In this document: positions 19,434-28,971 of the stretch, in pieces
Layout of the letters: every line of letters begins with the position of its first letter
Numbering within the stretch: the stretch's first letter is position 1
Origin: an uncultured Chlamydiae bacterium
GTDB lineage: Bacteria; Chlamydiota; Chlamydiia; Chlamydiales; SM23-39
Length of the DNA stretch: 64,000 nt
Reading direction: 5' to 3'
Assembly: GCA_963713105.1 (NCBI GenBank)
Contig: CAVQKJ010000004.1
Span: 548,035 to 612,034 of the forward strand
Made by a program: the position numbers and the translations under genes
The notes under the pieces: generated by a model
The model's database searches: none
Told to the model about the DNA's origin: nothing
What the model saw: only the letters and a program-made list of their open reading frames with translations

Positions 19434-21533
19434 TCAGTTAGCTGGAAAGGGCATTACGCTCGATACTCCAAGCACATGGCTTCCCGCATCCAACGCTTGC
19501 ACCTGGAAATAAGGGCCGCTGCTGGATATTGGGATTGCGGTTTCGAAACCCGATTTCATAGCGCTTGCAACCATTGATAGATTCGTGGGGCTGCTTCCTG
19601 CGAATACCTGCCAGCTACTTGTTTCCGTCGAACCGTTCCAGGAAGCGTAAACGGTCAGCTGGCCGTTATCGGAAACAATAGCCATACTCGGCGGGTAGGA
19701 AGGAGTTCCCACCCAATCGAACTTATAAGCGCGGTAGGTGTAATTATTCGCAGGGAATGAAACATCGTAAATCAAATTTAAAGAAGGATCGCTTTCCGTA
19801 TTTCCTGCGGCTAGGTATTCCGAATAATATTGCGATTGTCCCCAACCGATGAACTTATTCGTGTTCGCCAATGTTTGCACATTTCCTTGCGAGGCGACGT
19901 TGATGTTCGGATCATGATAATAGGAGGTCGACAAACTCGCGGTCATGTTCGTCAAATCCAATTCGAGCTCCAACCCATGCGCGGGAGGCGTTCCAGGGGG
20001 AATCGTCTCGCTTTCGCAGCAGTTGTCGTCGAAGAGGCTGACAGTATCGGTCGTCGCGGTATTGGATAGGAAACGGGCGTCGTGCTGCCACGAAAATTCC
20101 GCACCGCTTCCGAACATGAAGCTGCTTTGCTTGCCCCCGAGCTGCCAGACGATATTTCCGCTCGGCCTAGAGATCCGGTAAATCGTCCAAGTGTTGCGCG
20201 AAGAGACAATGATATCATTCGAGCCGTCAGTGACAAGTCCGATCGAATTCAGATGGTATGCATCCCAAATATTGTTGCTGCTCGTTGCCGTGGACGCCGG
20301 TTCAAAAGAATCGGTCAGGGGAATATTTTCCAGCGCGTCCCAAAAAAAGAGCAATTCATTCGTTTCCAGGTCAATTTCTTGCACCGCAAAATCGTTCACA
20401 TATCCATTTTGCGGTCCGCCATAGGGAGTTAAATCCATCGCCACTGGTTTCGTAGAAAGCAACAAAGCGGTGTTATTTGGAGTGATCAGGAATTCGTGGA
20501 TATCGGATGTAAAATCGTTTTGCGCCGAGACGGTTTGCAAGGTCGCATAAGTGCCGTCCAAAATATGATAACAAGAGCCCGGTTCAGAGGAAGCTGCGGG
20601 CAAATTCGTATAAGCCGGCGGGGTCGCCAGAGTCCCTTGCCAAAAGGTCAGAACAGGCTCGCCATTTAATGTCTGCACCCGGAAATCGGTATTCATTAAA
20701 TTAGAACTTCCTGTCGGACTAAACCAGACTGGGTTGCCATCGCTATCGACAATGAGCGCGCCTTGCTGTCCAATGCATGAATCGAATGAAAACGCGTATG
20801 GGGCGAGCAAGATCAAACCCGGCGCAGTACCAGACAATGAGAGGTTCACAGCCACCTTCATCGGCTGCAAACTGGGTTCGCTGACAAAACTCCATACTTG
20901 AGATGAATCAAGCGTCGGTTCCAAAGTTAAATAACCGGTATTTGACGAATAAGGGACTGTTCCGCATCCGCAAGCGACCGTATTATCGGCCAACAACAAA
21001 TTTTGGGGTAAGATCTGCAATGCAGCTCCGGTCGAGAACGTGATCAGCCAAGCCACATTAAATGTATTCGGGGGAAAATTCGGCGGAGAAGAAACCCCAA
21101 AAGCCGCGGCCAATGCTTGGATGCTGTCCGGACGCCAGCAGATCAAAATATTTTTTCCGCTGTATTTGGCATCGTTGAGGATGAATGAGGCGATCCCCGT
21201 ATCTTGCAATTTGGAATAGCCGCTATGGATCGGTAAATTCAATATTTGCGCCGTAGGGCTCACCGTCTGGATACACGCTTGGGTATTGTCGGCAGGCAAT
21301 GAAGAAGGACGAGCAGCGAAAATAGAAATGGGCTCTCCATAACTCGTAAAATTAGGGGTCAGGATAATGTAGTCCGCCAGCGCTCCGGCTCTTTCCAGCC
21401 CTTGCTGCGTCAAATTTCCGGAAGAATCTACTTCCCCGCTCGGCAAGATGATGACTTGCGCAGGGACTGTAAAAAGCGAAAAAGAAAAACACAAAGATAA
21501 ACAAAAAGCAGTAACAAATCTCATATCCCTCAA
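19434..21533 (-). CDS. secreted protein: N-terminal histidine-phosphatase-like domain lacking the RH catalytic dyad, plus C-terminal beta-propeller-like domain (arylsulfotransferase-like?)
   Basis: N-terminal ~170 aa is homologous to ORF 22686..23378 (VPAQVIILPSGE... vs VPAQIIILRHSEK...; GLERA.ALA.Y; ICW; TF). C-terminal ~500 aa is rich in DxxGN/W repeats (DGSNDIIVSS...WQHDARFL). Confidence 0.5.
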   Translation of the reverse strand: MRDMRFVTAFCLSLCFSFSLFTVPAQVIILPSGEVDSSGNLTQQGLERAGALADYIILTPNFTSYGEPISIFAARPSSLPADNTQACIQTVSPTAQILNLPIHSGYSKLQDTGIASFILNDAKYSGKNILICWRPDSIQALAAAFGVSSPPNFPPNTFNVAWLITFSTGAALQILPQNLLLADNTVACGCGTVPYSSNTGYLTLEPTLDSSQVWSFVSEPSLQPMKVAVNLSLSGTAPGLILLAPYAFSFDSCIGQQGALIVDSDGNPVWFSPTGSSNLMNTDFRVQTLNGEPVLTFWQGTLATPPAYTNLPAASSEPGSCYHILDGTYATLQTVSAQNDFTSDIHEFLITPNNTALLLSTKPVAMDLTPYGGPQNGYVNDFAVQEIDLETNELLFFWDALENIPLTDSFEPASTATSSNNIWDAYHLNSIGLVTDGSNDIIVSSRNTWTIYRISRPSGNIVWQLGGKQSSFMFGSGAEFSWQHDARFLSNTATTDTVSLFDDNCCESETIPPGTPPAHGLELELDLTNMTASLSTSYYHDPNINVASQGNVQTLANTNKFIGWGQSQYYSEYLAAGNTESDPSLNLIYDVSFPANNYTYRAYKFDWVGTPSYPPSMAIVSDNGQLTVYASWNGSTETSSWQVFAGSSPTNLSMVASAMKSGFETAIPISSSGPYFQVQALDAGSHVLGVSSVMPFPAN

Positions 21534-22633
21534 AACTCTAAAGCGGCGCTGAACGTCACCCCTTGAAGAAACAAGTTCCGGTTTTTATGAAAAAAACCGA
21601 ATGGGCCTCGATAGAATCTGTTCGCCCGCATAAAAGCTTGTCCTTCCCATGCTGCGCCGAAGATCGCGAACATCCAGTCGTCGATTACGGCCCCTCTCCA
21701 GCGAAACCCTGCTTCAGCATCGGCTGAGAGCAGGAAATGATGGTAACGGTTCGAACGGTCGAAGCGGGCGCTCTCCAAATACACTTCCCTTTGACTCCGA
21801 TCAAACCGCCCGAATAACGGAGCGACTGCGGCGCGTGCGAAAAGGCTGATTCCATAAACCATGAAGTAATTCGCGTTCAATCCAACACGCGGCCCTCCGC
21901 CCCAAAAATCGCATTGGAGGGTATTTAGATCGACTCCGGAAAAGAAAGCGCCTCCTTCATAGCGGGCGCTCAATTTTTGATCCAAAATAGCCATCCTCGC
22001 CCCAAAAAAAGGCGTCAGGTCGACCTGGTTGAACCAGGGTCCTCGATTCGCCGTTTCTTCTTGGGCATCCTCGCATCTCTGATTCTTTTTTTTTCGATTT
22101 GCGAAAATCCTTTTTCGTTGAAGAGGGCTGATCGGCTTGCAGGGGATCCAGCGGCACTTTCCCAAGCAGAAAGTATATTGCGCATTTAGATCGAAGAGAT
22201 TCAGAGTCAAATGCCAGGTGGATGAAGCGGAGGAAACGTAATCCCCTTCTAGAGTATCGGGACCCATGGACCAAACGGGAAAAATCCCTTCGAAATCAGG
22301 AGAGCCGGAATTAAAAGATTTTTGTCCATGAGCTTTCGACTTGAGATTCGTCCAAAACGCTTGATAGGACCAATTTCGCTTTTCTTGAATATAGCCGGCG
22401 CCGATGCGGAACCCCCATTCCCAATCAAACGAAGGTTTGAATAACCGGTTCCGTGTGAAATCATCCGTTTCAAGGACGTTTGCGGGTTTATTGGTGTATC
22501 CCAGCCCTTGTTCGTAAGCCCTCCAATAAAGAGCCTCTGCCGAAACAAAACCGCCTGCCTTGCTGGAATTGCCAAACGAAATTTGAGGAACCCAAAAAAT
22601 GAAAACAAAAATCCAATAGAAATTCTTATGCAT
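21530..22633 (-). CDS. MOMP-like outer-membrane beta-barrel protein (paralog family)
   Basis: Signal peptide. Family motifs AEALYWRAYE, DFWGGGPRVGLNANY, C-terminal ...SAALEF. Also carries a ~40-aa basic loop insertion (CLGKCRWIPCKPISPLQRKRIFANRKKKNQRCEDAQEETANRGP) that the paralogs lack. Confidence 0.6.
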   Translation of the reverse strand: MHKNFYWIFVFIFWVPQISFGNSSKAGGFVSAEALYWRAYEQGLGYTNKPANVLETDDFTRNRLFKPSFDWEWGFRIGAGYIQEKRNWSYQAFWTNLKSKAHGQKSFNSGSPDFEGIFPVWSMGPDTLEGDYVSSASSTWHLTLNLFDLNAQYTFCLGKCRWIPCKPISPLQRKRIFANRKKKNQRCEDAQEETANRGPWFNQVDLTPFFGARMAILDQKLSARYEGGAFFSGVDLNTLQCDFWGGGPRVGLNANYFMVYGISLFARAAVAPLFGRFDRSQREVYLESARFDRSNRYHHFLLSADAEAGFRWRGAVIDDWMFAIFGAAWEGQAFMRANRFYRGPFGFFHKNRNLFLQGVTFSAALEF

Positions 22634-22685
22634 ACTAGAAAGCAGTTAAAGTTTTTCCCAGATTTTTCACAAAGAAAAATTCATT

Positions 22686-23378
22686 CTACGGCGACTGGCA
22701 GGGAGTGCAAGTCGGCGGAGGCGTATAGGGCGGACAAGTCATGACCGACGGGTCGCAAGTCGTATTGGGGCAAAATCCGGGATCGCAGGGAACGGTGCAG
22801 GTGGCCGGATCTTGGCAGCAAGTGGGATCCGCGTAGAGCAATTGCTGGAAATAGGCCAAAGGATAGGGATTTGTCTGGGGAAATGTTAAAACGAATACGA
22901 AATCGAACCGGCAATCGGGATATTTAGACGTATTGAAGGGCCATAGATATCCAAACGCGCTCAACAAGTTGATAATCGAGCTGTGGTTCCAGCAAATGAC
23001 GATGTTTTTCCCATTGTATTTCGGGCTATTCATAATAAAACTGGCCATTTCTTCGGTTTGATAGCCATTGAAGGGAGAGTGGATGGGCAATTGGAGAAAC
23101 TCCGCGACAGGCATCATCGTTTCAATCGTGCGGGGAATGATCCGGTCCGATTGGTCGATTTGACGCGAGGAGAAAACGGCAGATATTGGCCCGAAATTTA
23201 AAAGATAGGGGGTCGAGGTCAAATAATACGCTAATGCAGCGGCCCTTTCGAGCCCTTGCGGATTCACAAGCTGAGCCGTCACCGGATCTTTTTCCGAGTG
23301 CCTCAAGATGATGATTTGAGCAGGGACCGCGGCGAGCTGCAGGACGCACAAAAGGAATAGACAAATCTTCATACCCAT
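22686..23378 (-). CDS. secreted histidine-phosphatase-superfamily-like protein with Cys/Pro-rich C-terminal tail
   Basis: Signal peptide, then IIILRHSEKDP (RH of the RHG-type motif), SSRQ...RTIETM, ICWNHSS. C-terminal tail is CCQDPATCTVPCDPGFCPNTTCDPSVMTCPPYTPPPTCTPCQSP. Confidence 0.5.
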   Translation of the reverse strand: MGMKICLFLLCVLQLAAVPAQIIILRHSEKDPVTAQLVNPQGLERAAALAYYLTSTPYLLNFGPISAVFSSRQIDQSDRIIPRTIETMMPVAEFLQLPIHSPFNGYQTEEMASFIMNSPKYNGKNIVICWNHSSIINLLSAFGYLWPFNTSKYPDCRFDFVFVLTFPQTNPYPLAYFQQLLYADPTCCQDPATCTVPCDPGFCPNTTCDPSVMTCPPYTPPPTCTPCQSP

Positions 23379-23381
23379 CTC

Positions 23382-24443
23382 TTAAAAATCAAACCTCGCA
23401 GAAAAAGCCCCCCCGTTCAAACTTAAGTCGTTATCCTCAGGAACCAAGCCAAATTGATCTTTTTGCAAAGCAAACTGGTCGAAGAAAATGAAATACTGCC
23501 ATCCCAACTTAAAAGTAAGGGCAAACTGTTCTTTGACAATAAACGTTTCCCAGAGCAGCCCTCCTTCCGCATCCAAGATCCAACGGAAACGGACAGGATG
23601 GCTCCGTAGATTGAAACGAGTATGCATCAAATAGACTTCGTTTTGGACCAGGTGGTAATATCCCCCTTCGAATGATCCCGCCGCATTGCCATACAGGCGG
23701 AACCCTTTTCCCAAATTCAATTGCGGAGAGATCCCAAGCCGAGGTCCGAGGCCCCAATAATCATTTTCCATGTGGATGGAGTCGTAGCCTGCGTTGTTCG
23801 TCATCGCATACAAATCGGGGCCGTTCGCAAAGATCCCTCCCCCATAAAAGACGTTGAAATCCTGATCTATCCAAAATGTCCGGAGACCTGCGTAAGGCCT
23901 AAGAAAAAAACAGCCCCAATGGAAAGCTCTTCCGAACTCTAAATCGATTAAATTCAGATTCAATGACCAATGCATTTTTGCAAACGCGACCCAGTCATAG
24001 GGAATGATATCGTCGGATAGAGACCAAATAGGGAACATCCCTTCGGAAATTTCTCCGCGGGTGCTGCTTTTTTTCGTCGTATCGGAATTGTAAAAAGTCC
24101 AATCGAGGACTACGTCCCATAGACGATCGTCAAACGTGTGACCAAATCCGATCCGCGAGCCGAAATCCCATCTGAATTGGGTGTGCAGCGCCGGCTCCAA
24201 AGAGACATTGTTCACCCTGAAGAGATTGGTTTTGCGGTTCGTCAAAACAATCGGATCTTCGCTGGGGCGTAAGAAAAGGGCATCCGCATGGATCCAAAGA
24301 TCGAGTCCGCATCGCAGCAGTGGATAATAAGTGTCGAGAATAGTGCAAAAAGGCTGGGTATGCGGCTCGTCACAGCATTCTTCGATTTCCCCGCTTAAAA
24401 GGCTGCTCGAGCAGCACAAAAAAAGAAGAATCATTTTTTTCAT
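23382..24443 (-). CDS. MOMP-like outer-membrane beta-barrel protein (paralog family)
   Basis: Signal peptide. Motifs LWIHADALFLRPSE, DYWGLGPRLGISPQL, C-terminal ...FSARFDF. Confidence 0.6.
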   Translation of the reverse strand: MKKMILLFLCCSSSLLSGEIEECCDEPHTQPFCTILDTYYPLLRCGLDLWIHADALFLRPSEDPIVLTNRKTNLFRVNNVSLEPALHTQFRWDFGSRIGFGHTFDDRLWDVVLDWTFYNSDTTKKSSTRGEISEGMFPIWSLSDDIIPYDWVAFAKMHWSLNLNLIDLEFGRAFHWGCFFLRPYAGLRTFWIDQDFNVFYGGGIFANGPDLYAMTNNAGYDSIHMENDYWGLGPRLGISPQLNLGKGFRLYGNAAGSFEGGYYHLVQNEVYLMHTRFNLRSHPVRFRWILDAEGGLLWETFIVKEQFALTFKLGWQYFIFFDQFALQKDQFGLVPEDNDLSLNGGAFSARFDF

Positions 24444-24471
24444 GTCAAAAACTCATAACACAAAAAAAATT

Positions 24472-25524
24472 TTACCGATACGAAGAAGACAGCGCCCAGG
24501 CATGGAACCTTTCGCTAAAAGACGCGTCCTTTTTGAGTTTATCTTGAATGGCGCGCACTTTGTCGAACCAGTAATCGGCGTAAAGCTTTTCGAGATTCCA
24601 TTTTCGGCTTTTCAATTCTTCGAGCTTTCTCTCTAAAAACTCGTCCGTCGCCTCTTCCCAGCTCTCGATAACGACGACAGGCAGGCCTTCATACAGAGGA
24701 TTCAATGTGGATCTCAAAACGATCGGATAGCAGCCCATCAATAGCGCTTCCCAGGTCCGATGGCAATCGAGGCCATTTCCTGGAGGGCTTGGAACAAAAA
24801 GCGTTTGAGAAAGGTCGGAGAGATATTCGCTGAACGATTTTTGCGGCTCAGCCCCAACACGTTTGAAATGATCCAAGCAAGGCTGCCTCGCTTTGGCGTT
24901 CGTCCATGCAGAAAAATTGATATAGAGAAACCGGTTCCGCTCCAAAGAACCTGCAGATGGAGCGCTTTTCGCTAACGGATCCAAAACCCAAACCTGTCCA
25001 TGCGGCCACACTTGGTTGGCTAAGCCGATCGGGATCGGGATGAGCCTCTCGGTCGCTTCCCTGTCGATATTTTGAACGAACCACGCGGCGATTTTGTCCG
25101 ATTTCAAAAGGAACTCGAACTCCCCTGGCTGAGGATTGTCGGTGCCGAATTCGCAATTGGGAGTGACGAGGATGAATCGATTGGATATTTTAGGCAAAAT
25201 TTTCTTGGCGAAATGGGGCAATTTGCCATATTCGACGAAAATCACATCGCCCAATTTCACTTTCTTCGGATCGAATTTCTTCTCCTTTTCGGCCACCCTC
25301 CAATCGGCAAAAAAACGCCACGTGTCTCCGGAAAGGTACGGATAGCTAGAAGCTCGCTCATATCCAAAAAGAGAAAACGCGGCAAAAATCAAAACTAAAA
25401 CAAATCTCAAGGCCCGCCTCTCAGCTTCGGATTGATATACAGCCTGTCCCTCCCCTTTGCGATCATCGAAACGTGCAGAGGGATATGTTCGCAGACCCAG
25501 GGAAGGGTCATGTTTTTCGTACAA
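24472..25524 (-). CDS. putative glycosyltransferase (exostosin-like C-terminal motif), N-terminal signal anchor
   Basis: C-terminal PGNGLDCHRTWEALLMGCYPIV resembles the GT47/GT-B-type conserved C-terminal motif. The likely start is TTG 25410 (TTGA overlapping the upstream stop), which gives an N-terminal TM segment RFVLVLIFAAFSLFGY. The ORF-track ATG 25524 lies inside the upstream gene. Confidence 0.45.
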   Translation of the reverse strand: MYEKHDPSLGLRTYPSARFDDRKGEGQAVYQSEAERRALRFVLVLIFAAFSLFGYERASSYPYLSGDTWRFFADWRVAEKEKKFDPKKVKLGDVIFVEYGKLPHFAKKILPKISNRFILVTPNCEFGTDNPQPGEFEFLLKSDKIAAWFVQNIDREATERLIPIPIGLANQVWPHGQVWVLDPLAKSAPSAGSLERNRFLYINFSAWTNAKARQPCLDHFKRVGAEPQKSFSEYLSDLSQTLFVPSPPGNGLDCHRTWEALLMGCYPIVLRSTLNPLYEGLPVVVIESWEEATDEFLERKLEELKSRKWNLEKLYADYWFDKVRAIQDKLKKDASFSERFHAWALSSSYR

Positions 25525-26420
25525 GAAAACCAGACGACTTTTCCTCTAGGCATCCGCACGCCGATCCGGTCGGGCAGCTTGTCTCGATCCCTCAAAGGAA
25601 GATCGATCGGTTTCGTCTCAGCCAAAAATTCATCATATTCTTTCAAGAAAACCGCCGTCCCCTTCTCGCGGCTCTTTTCAAGCCACTTCGCTACAGACCT
25701 CTCCAGCTCTTCCGTCACGACACCCGAATAGCGGCACCCTTTCAGCGCCTCACGCTTGTAAATCGCCACCCCTCCAAACGCTGAGTAGACCTTTTTCCAA
25801 GGCCCCTCCCGATCCAAGACAAATTCCTTCCTGATCTTGTCTAAATGGTCTAAATAAAAATTCCCCAGCAGCTCGAAGCCGATCGGCCATTCTGCCGAAC
25901 GGAGAGCGAAAAGATCGTATTCTCCATATGCGAAGACGGCGTCCCATTCTTCTTTCGGGTGACGGATCGTCTCCATCACTCCTTCCACATCCCAAGGCTC
26001 TAAAAAGTCGAGATCTACCCAAACGACGTATTTGAAATCGTCGAACTCTTTTTTCATCGCGATGTCGAGCACAATATTGCGCGCCCGCGCGATCTGCTCC
26101 GTCCGGTTCACGACTCCCATTGCCATCGCCCGCTTCAATTTCTTCGATGAAAGCTTTTCCGAACGGAAGATCACTTTAGGATTTTCTTTGGCCCAGGCCC
26201 TCAATAATTCGGGAGTCCGGTCGTTCGAATTGTTCTCATAAAGAATGACTCTGTAATCTGCGAAACGGGAACCCAATCCGGTCGCAGACCGGATCAAATT
26301 CGGCACTGCTTTTTCGATCTTGCGGCCTATGCCGCAAATCAATATTTTATCGGGAATTTGGATCTCGGCGCCGCATAGCGCCGAAGTAAAGAAGAAAATG
26401 AGCCACAAACACGCAAACAC
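25407..26420 (-). CDS. putative glycosyltransferase-like protein (DxD-containing)
   Basis: 337 aa, N-terminal signal/anchor. Has a YVVWVDLDFLEPWD DxD-like motif. No firm family assignment. Confidence 0.3.
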   Translation of the reverse strand: MFACLWLIFFFTSALCGAEIQIPDKILICGIGRKIEKAVPNLIRSATGLGSRFADYRVILYENNSNDRTPELLRAWAKENPKVIFRSEKLSSKKLKRAMAMGVVNRTEQIARARNIVLDIAMKKEFDDFKYVVWVDLDFLEPWDVEGVMETIRHPKEEWDAVFAYGEYDLFALRSAEWPIGFELLGNFYLDHLDKIRKEFVLDREGPWKKVYSAFGGVAIYKREALKGCRYSGVVTEELERSVAKWLEKSREKGTAVFLKEYDEFLAETKPIDLPLRDRDKLPDRIGVRMPRGKVVWFSCTKNMTLPWVCEHIPLHVSMIAKGRDRLYINPKLRGGP

Positions 26421-26523
26421 GCATCATTCATATCGCAAAAATCCCATTTCTGTCGACGAAAGAGCGGAGACTTAGACATATCCTGAGACCATTGCATATG
26501 TCATTCGCCGAATCTTTCCGCGT

Positions 26524-26616
26524 TTTTTGGCGAATTTTAATTTTTTTGAACTCCTTAACTTTCTGAAAGTTGAGCTCGTTCAAAAAATGGAAATTCGCAG
26601 AAAAACCATCGAAACT
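26524..26616. repeat. intergenic repeat family copy B (imperfect hairpin tttggcgaatttt...aaattcgcagaaa)
   Basis: See copy A and the findings. Confidence 0.5.
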
Positions 26617-26763
26617 CTTCAGCAAAGCACTTATGCAACGGTCTCATCCTCTTAACAGCGTCTCCATTGAGCAAGGCTCAAGTATTTAACAGATCGATTA
26701 GGCTCGCTGGCTCATCAGAAGTTTTATCTTTAATCGACTGAAACTAATTCCGTTAATAGTCTC

Positions 26764-27516
26764 TTAGGGCAGCTTTCCAGAATGCTCCGATAAGTAAAGA
26801 GAGACGACTTCATGGAGCATTCTGTATTGCGCTTCGGAACAAACCATAGCGGGCCTCTGCATGCAGAGGCGATAGACTGTCTCTTGGACGGAAAGGCCGT
26901 TCACATCTCCCCGGTCAATCCGGTCCATCAATGCCCAAGCGGCGATGAAAGTCCCGGTCCGTCCGATCGAACTCGAACAATGGACAGCCACGGTCCCGGG
27001 ATGGATCGCTTGAGCCGCTCTGACCGTTTTGACGAGAGTGATTAACTCCTTTGCTTCGATAGATTGTGTATCGTCCCAATGATCGATGGCAAAATAATCG
27101 AAGGGCACGGCCCTCTCTTTCCAATAGGCGTAAAAAGGTTCGCCGATCCGCGAGGTGCTTGCGAGCCGGACGAGCTGGGCAGTTTGGTTCTGTTTTAAGA
27201 TGTCGAAAAATACGTCCGCATTTTCTGGCTTAGGGGCCTCTAAAGCGATGAATCGATTGCCGTAAATCTCAACAAAACTTCCGTTGTAATTCGGCGCCAC
27301 GGCGTTGTATTCAAAAGCGACGTTTTGAAGGTGGCGGTAGTGATGGCCCTCGATAATCGACTGCGAACGGGCCAATTCTGGAGCGGTTAAGATTTCTTTC
27401 CGAGTTTGATAGAGCTCTTCCCATTCTTGGGTTAGATCTCTGTCTACATCCCAAGCTAGGAAAGAACGGGCCTTTGCAAATTGATCCCAAAGCGGCTCAA
27501 CAGGAAGTGAAATCAT
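26764..27516 (-). CDS. protein tyrosine phosphatase (CX5R P-loop), eukaryote-like
   Basis: VHCSSSIGRTGTF matches the PTP signature (I/V)HCxxGxxR(S/T)G. 250 aa with no signal peptide. Confidence 0.75.
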   Translation of the reverse strand: MISLPVEPLWDQFAKARSFLAWDVDRDLTQEWEELYQTRKEILTAPELARSQSIIEGHHYRHLQNVAFEYNAVAPNYNGSFVEIYGNRFIALEAPKPENADVFFDILKQNQTAQLVRLASTSRIGEPFYAYWKERAVPFDYFAIDHWDDTQSIEAKELITLVKTVRAAQAIHPGTVAVHCSSSIGRTGTFIAAWALMDRIDRGDVNGLSVQETVYRLCMQRPAMVCSEAQYRMLHEVVSLYLSEHSGKLP

Positions 27517-27722
27517 AAGAACCTACCTCAATAAAATTTTTCGTCGAGTTTTTGGGCTTTGTTGCGTAAATTAAAACAGCCTCATGCCCTTGATAATAAA
27601 TGGTTTAAACAAACACCGAGGCACACCGAGAGCACCGAGAAGTTGAATGAAATATAGTTTTCACTCGGTGTTCTCGGTGAACTCGGTGGTTAATTTTTAA
27701 GTTTTTATATACATACCGCTTT

Positions 27723-27888
27723 ATGAACCTATCCAAATAAAGCAATTTCGGGCCTTTTGAGCGATTTTTGGCAGATTTTTTTGCTCAGTTCGAGGTCTAC
27801 CTTGGCAGGTATGCCCTCTCCTTCGCACAAAAATCTGCAGAAAAATCATCTCAAAACTCACCGAAAGCCTTTATTTGGATAGGTTCAT
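27723..27888. repeat. 166-bp palindromic element with 20-bp perfect terminal inverted repeats (atgaacctatccaaataaag / ctttatttggataggttcat), enclosing repeat-family copy C (27765..27859)
   Basis: Read directly from the sequence. The interior also shows partial two-fold symmetry (ttcgggccttttgag / ctcaaaactcaccgaaagc). Confidence 0.55.
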
Positions 27889-28192
27889 GCAACAAAGCCG
27901 AGTTTTTGAATTATTTTGGTAGCTTTAGACCTCAAATTTGCATCGAATAAGGTTCAAATACTCCGTAAATAATTTTCAAAAAATCTTATAAAGCAATCTG
28001 GTAAATGTCAAAGAGAAACGCATATTCAATAAAAAATTGATCACAAACAGAAGTTTGGCTAAAACTGTTGTAAAAAGATGTCTCAAAAAACTTACCTTTT
28101 TTTATTTTTCATGGCAGCCATACTCCCATTTACCGGATGGCCCCAAGAAACAGGCAAACCCCCGGCCACCATGGAATGGGAGTAACGCAGTT

Positions 28193-28906
28193 ATGCAAGG
28201 CGTCATCGTCGGCTGCGATCGTAACCAAGAATGGCTCCTTTCCTGGTGGTGGGACCATTATTCGAAACACAATTCCTATCCGGTCGCATTTTTCGATTTC
28301 GGGATGTCGCAGCAGGCCGCGAATTGGTGCCGTCAACGAGGCCGTTGCATCGAGCTTGGCGCCGATTGCCCTCTAAAAACCCTTTCTCCAACAAGAAAAA
28401 AATCGTGGGAAAAAAGGGCGGGGCCGATTTGGCCCTTCCGCTCCGCTTGGTTTAAAAAACCGTTCGCTTTTTTAAGCTGTCCGTTCGATCTCGGATGCTG
28501 GATCGATCTCGACTGCGAGATCAAAGGCCCTTTGGATCCTCTGTTCAATTGTCTTGCATTCGGAACTGAAATCGCTCTTGTCCGCGAACCGGAGAATGTC
28601 CAGCAAAATGACCTCGCCCACAAACTCATCCTGCCTGGAGAGATCACCTACAATTCAGGAGTCATCGCATTTCGCCGAGGCGCCGGCATCCTCTCCCATT
28701 GGGCTGAACTCTCTCTCCATTCCAACGACCGATTCATGAGCGATCAAAACGCCCTTTCCCGCGCGATCTTCCTCCGCCGTCCCCAGCTCCTAGAACTGCC
28801 AGCCATCTATAACTGGAAAAAAGACCAGCCGATAAATCCCCAAGCCGTAATCCTTCATTACGTGTCCTCTTCTAAAGTAGAGATCTTAAAAACACTCTCT
28901 CATTAA
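28193..28906 (+). CDS. putative glycosyltransferase family 8-like (nucleotide-diphospho-sugar transferase)
   Basis: DQNALSRAI (compare the GT8 DQDxLN motif) and C-terminal AVILHYVSSSK (compare the HY..xKPW region). ATG 28193 with a GGGAG SD is preferred; the ORF-track start 28037 adds an implausible N-terminus. Confidence 0.4.
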   Translation: MQGVIVGCDRNQEWLLSWWWDHYSKHNSYPVAFFDFGMSQQAANWCRQRGRCIELGADCPLKTLSPTRKKSWEKRAGPIWPFRSAWFKKPFAFLSCPFDLGCWIDLDCEIKGPLDPLFNCLAFGTEIALVREPENVQQNDLAHKLILPGEITYNSGVIAFRRGAGILSHWAELSLHSNDRFMSDQNALSRAIFLRRPQLLELPAIYNWKKDQPINPQAVILHYVSSSKVEILKTLSH

Positions 28907-28971
28907 AAAAATTCCTTTTAAAAAAGGTTCATAAGTACAAAAATGCTGACCGAAGCTTAAGACGGTATCCA

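Noticed and set aside
22249-22608. 119-aa and other short ORFs antisense or overlapping the MOMP-like and HP-like genes (21.6-23.4 kb)
   Set aside because: They are embedded in well-supported longer genes on the same locus, with no motifs. Typical overlapping-frame noise.
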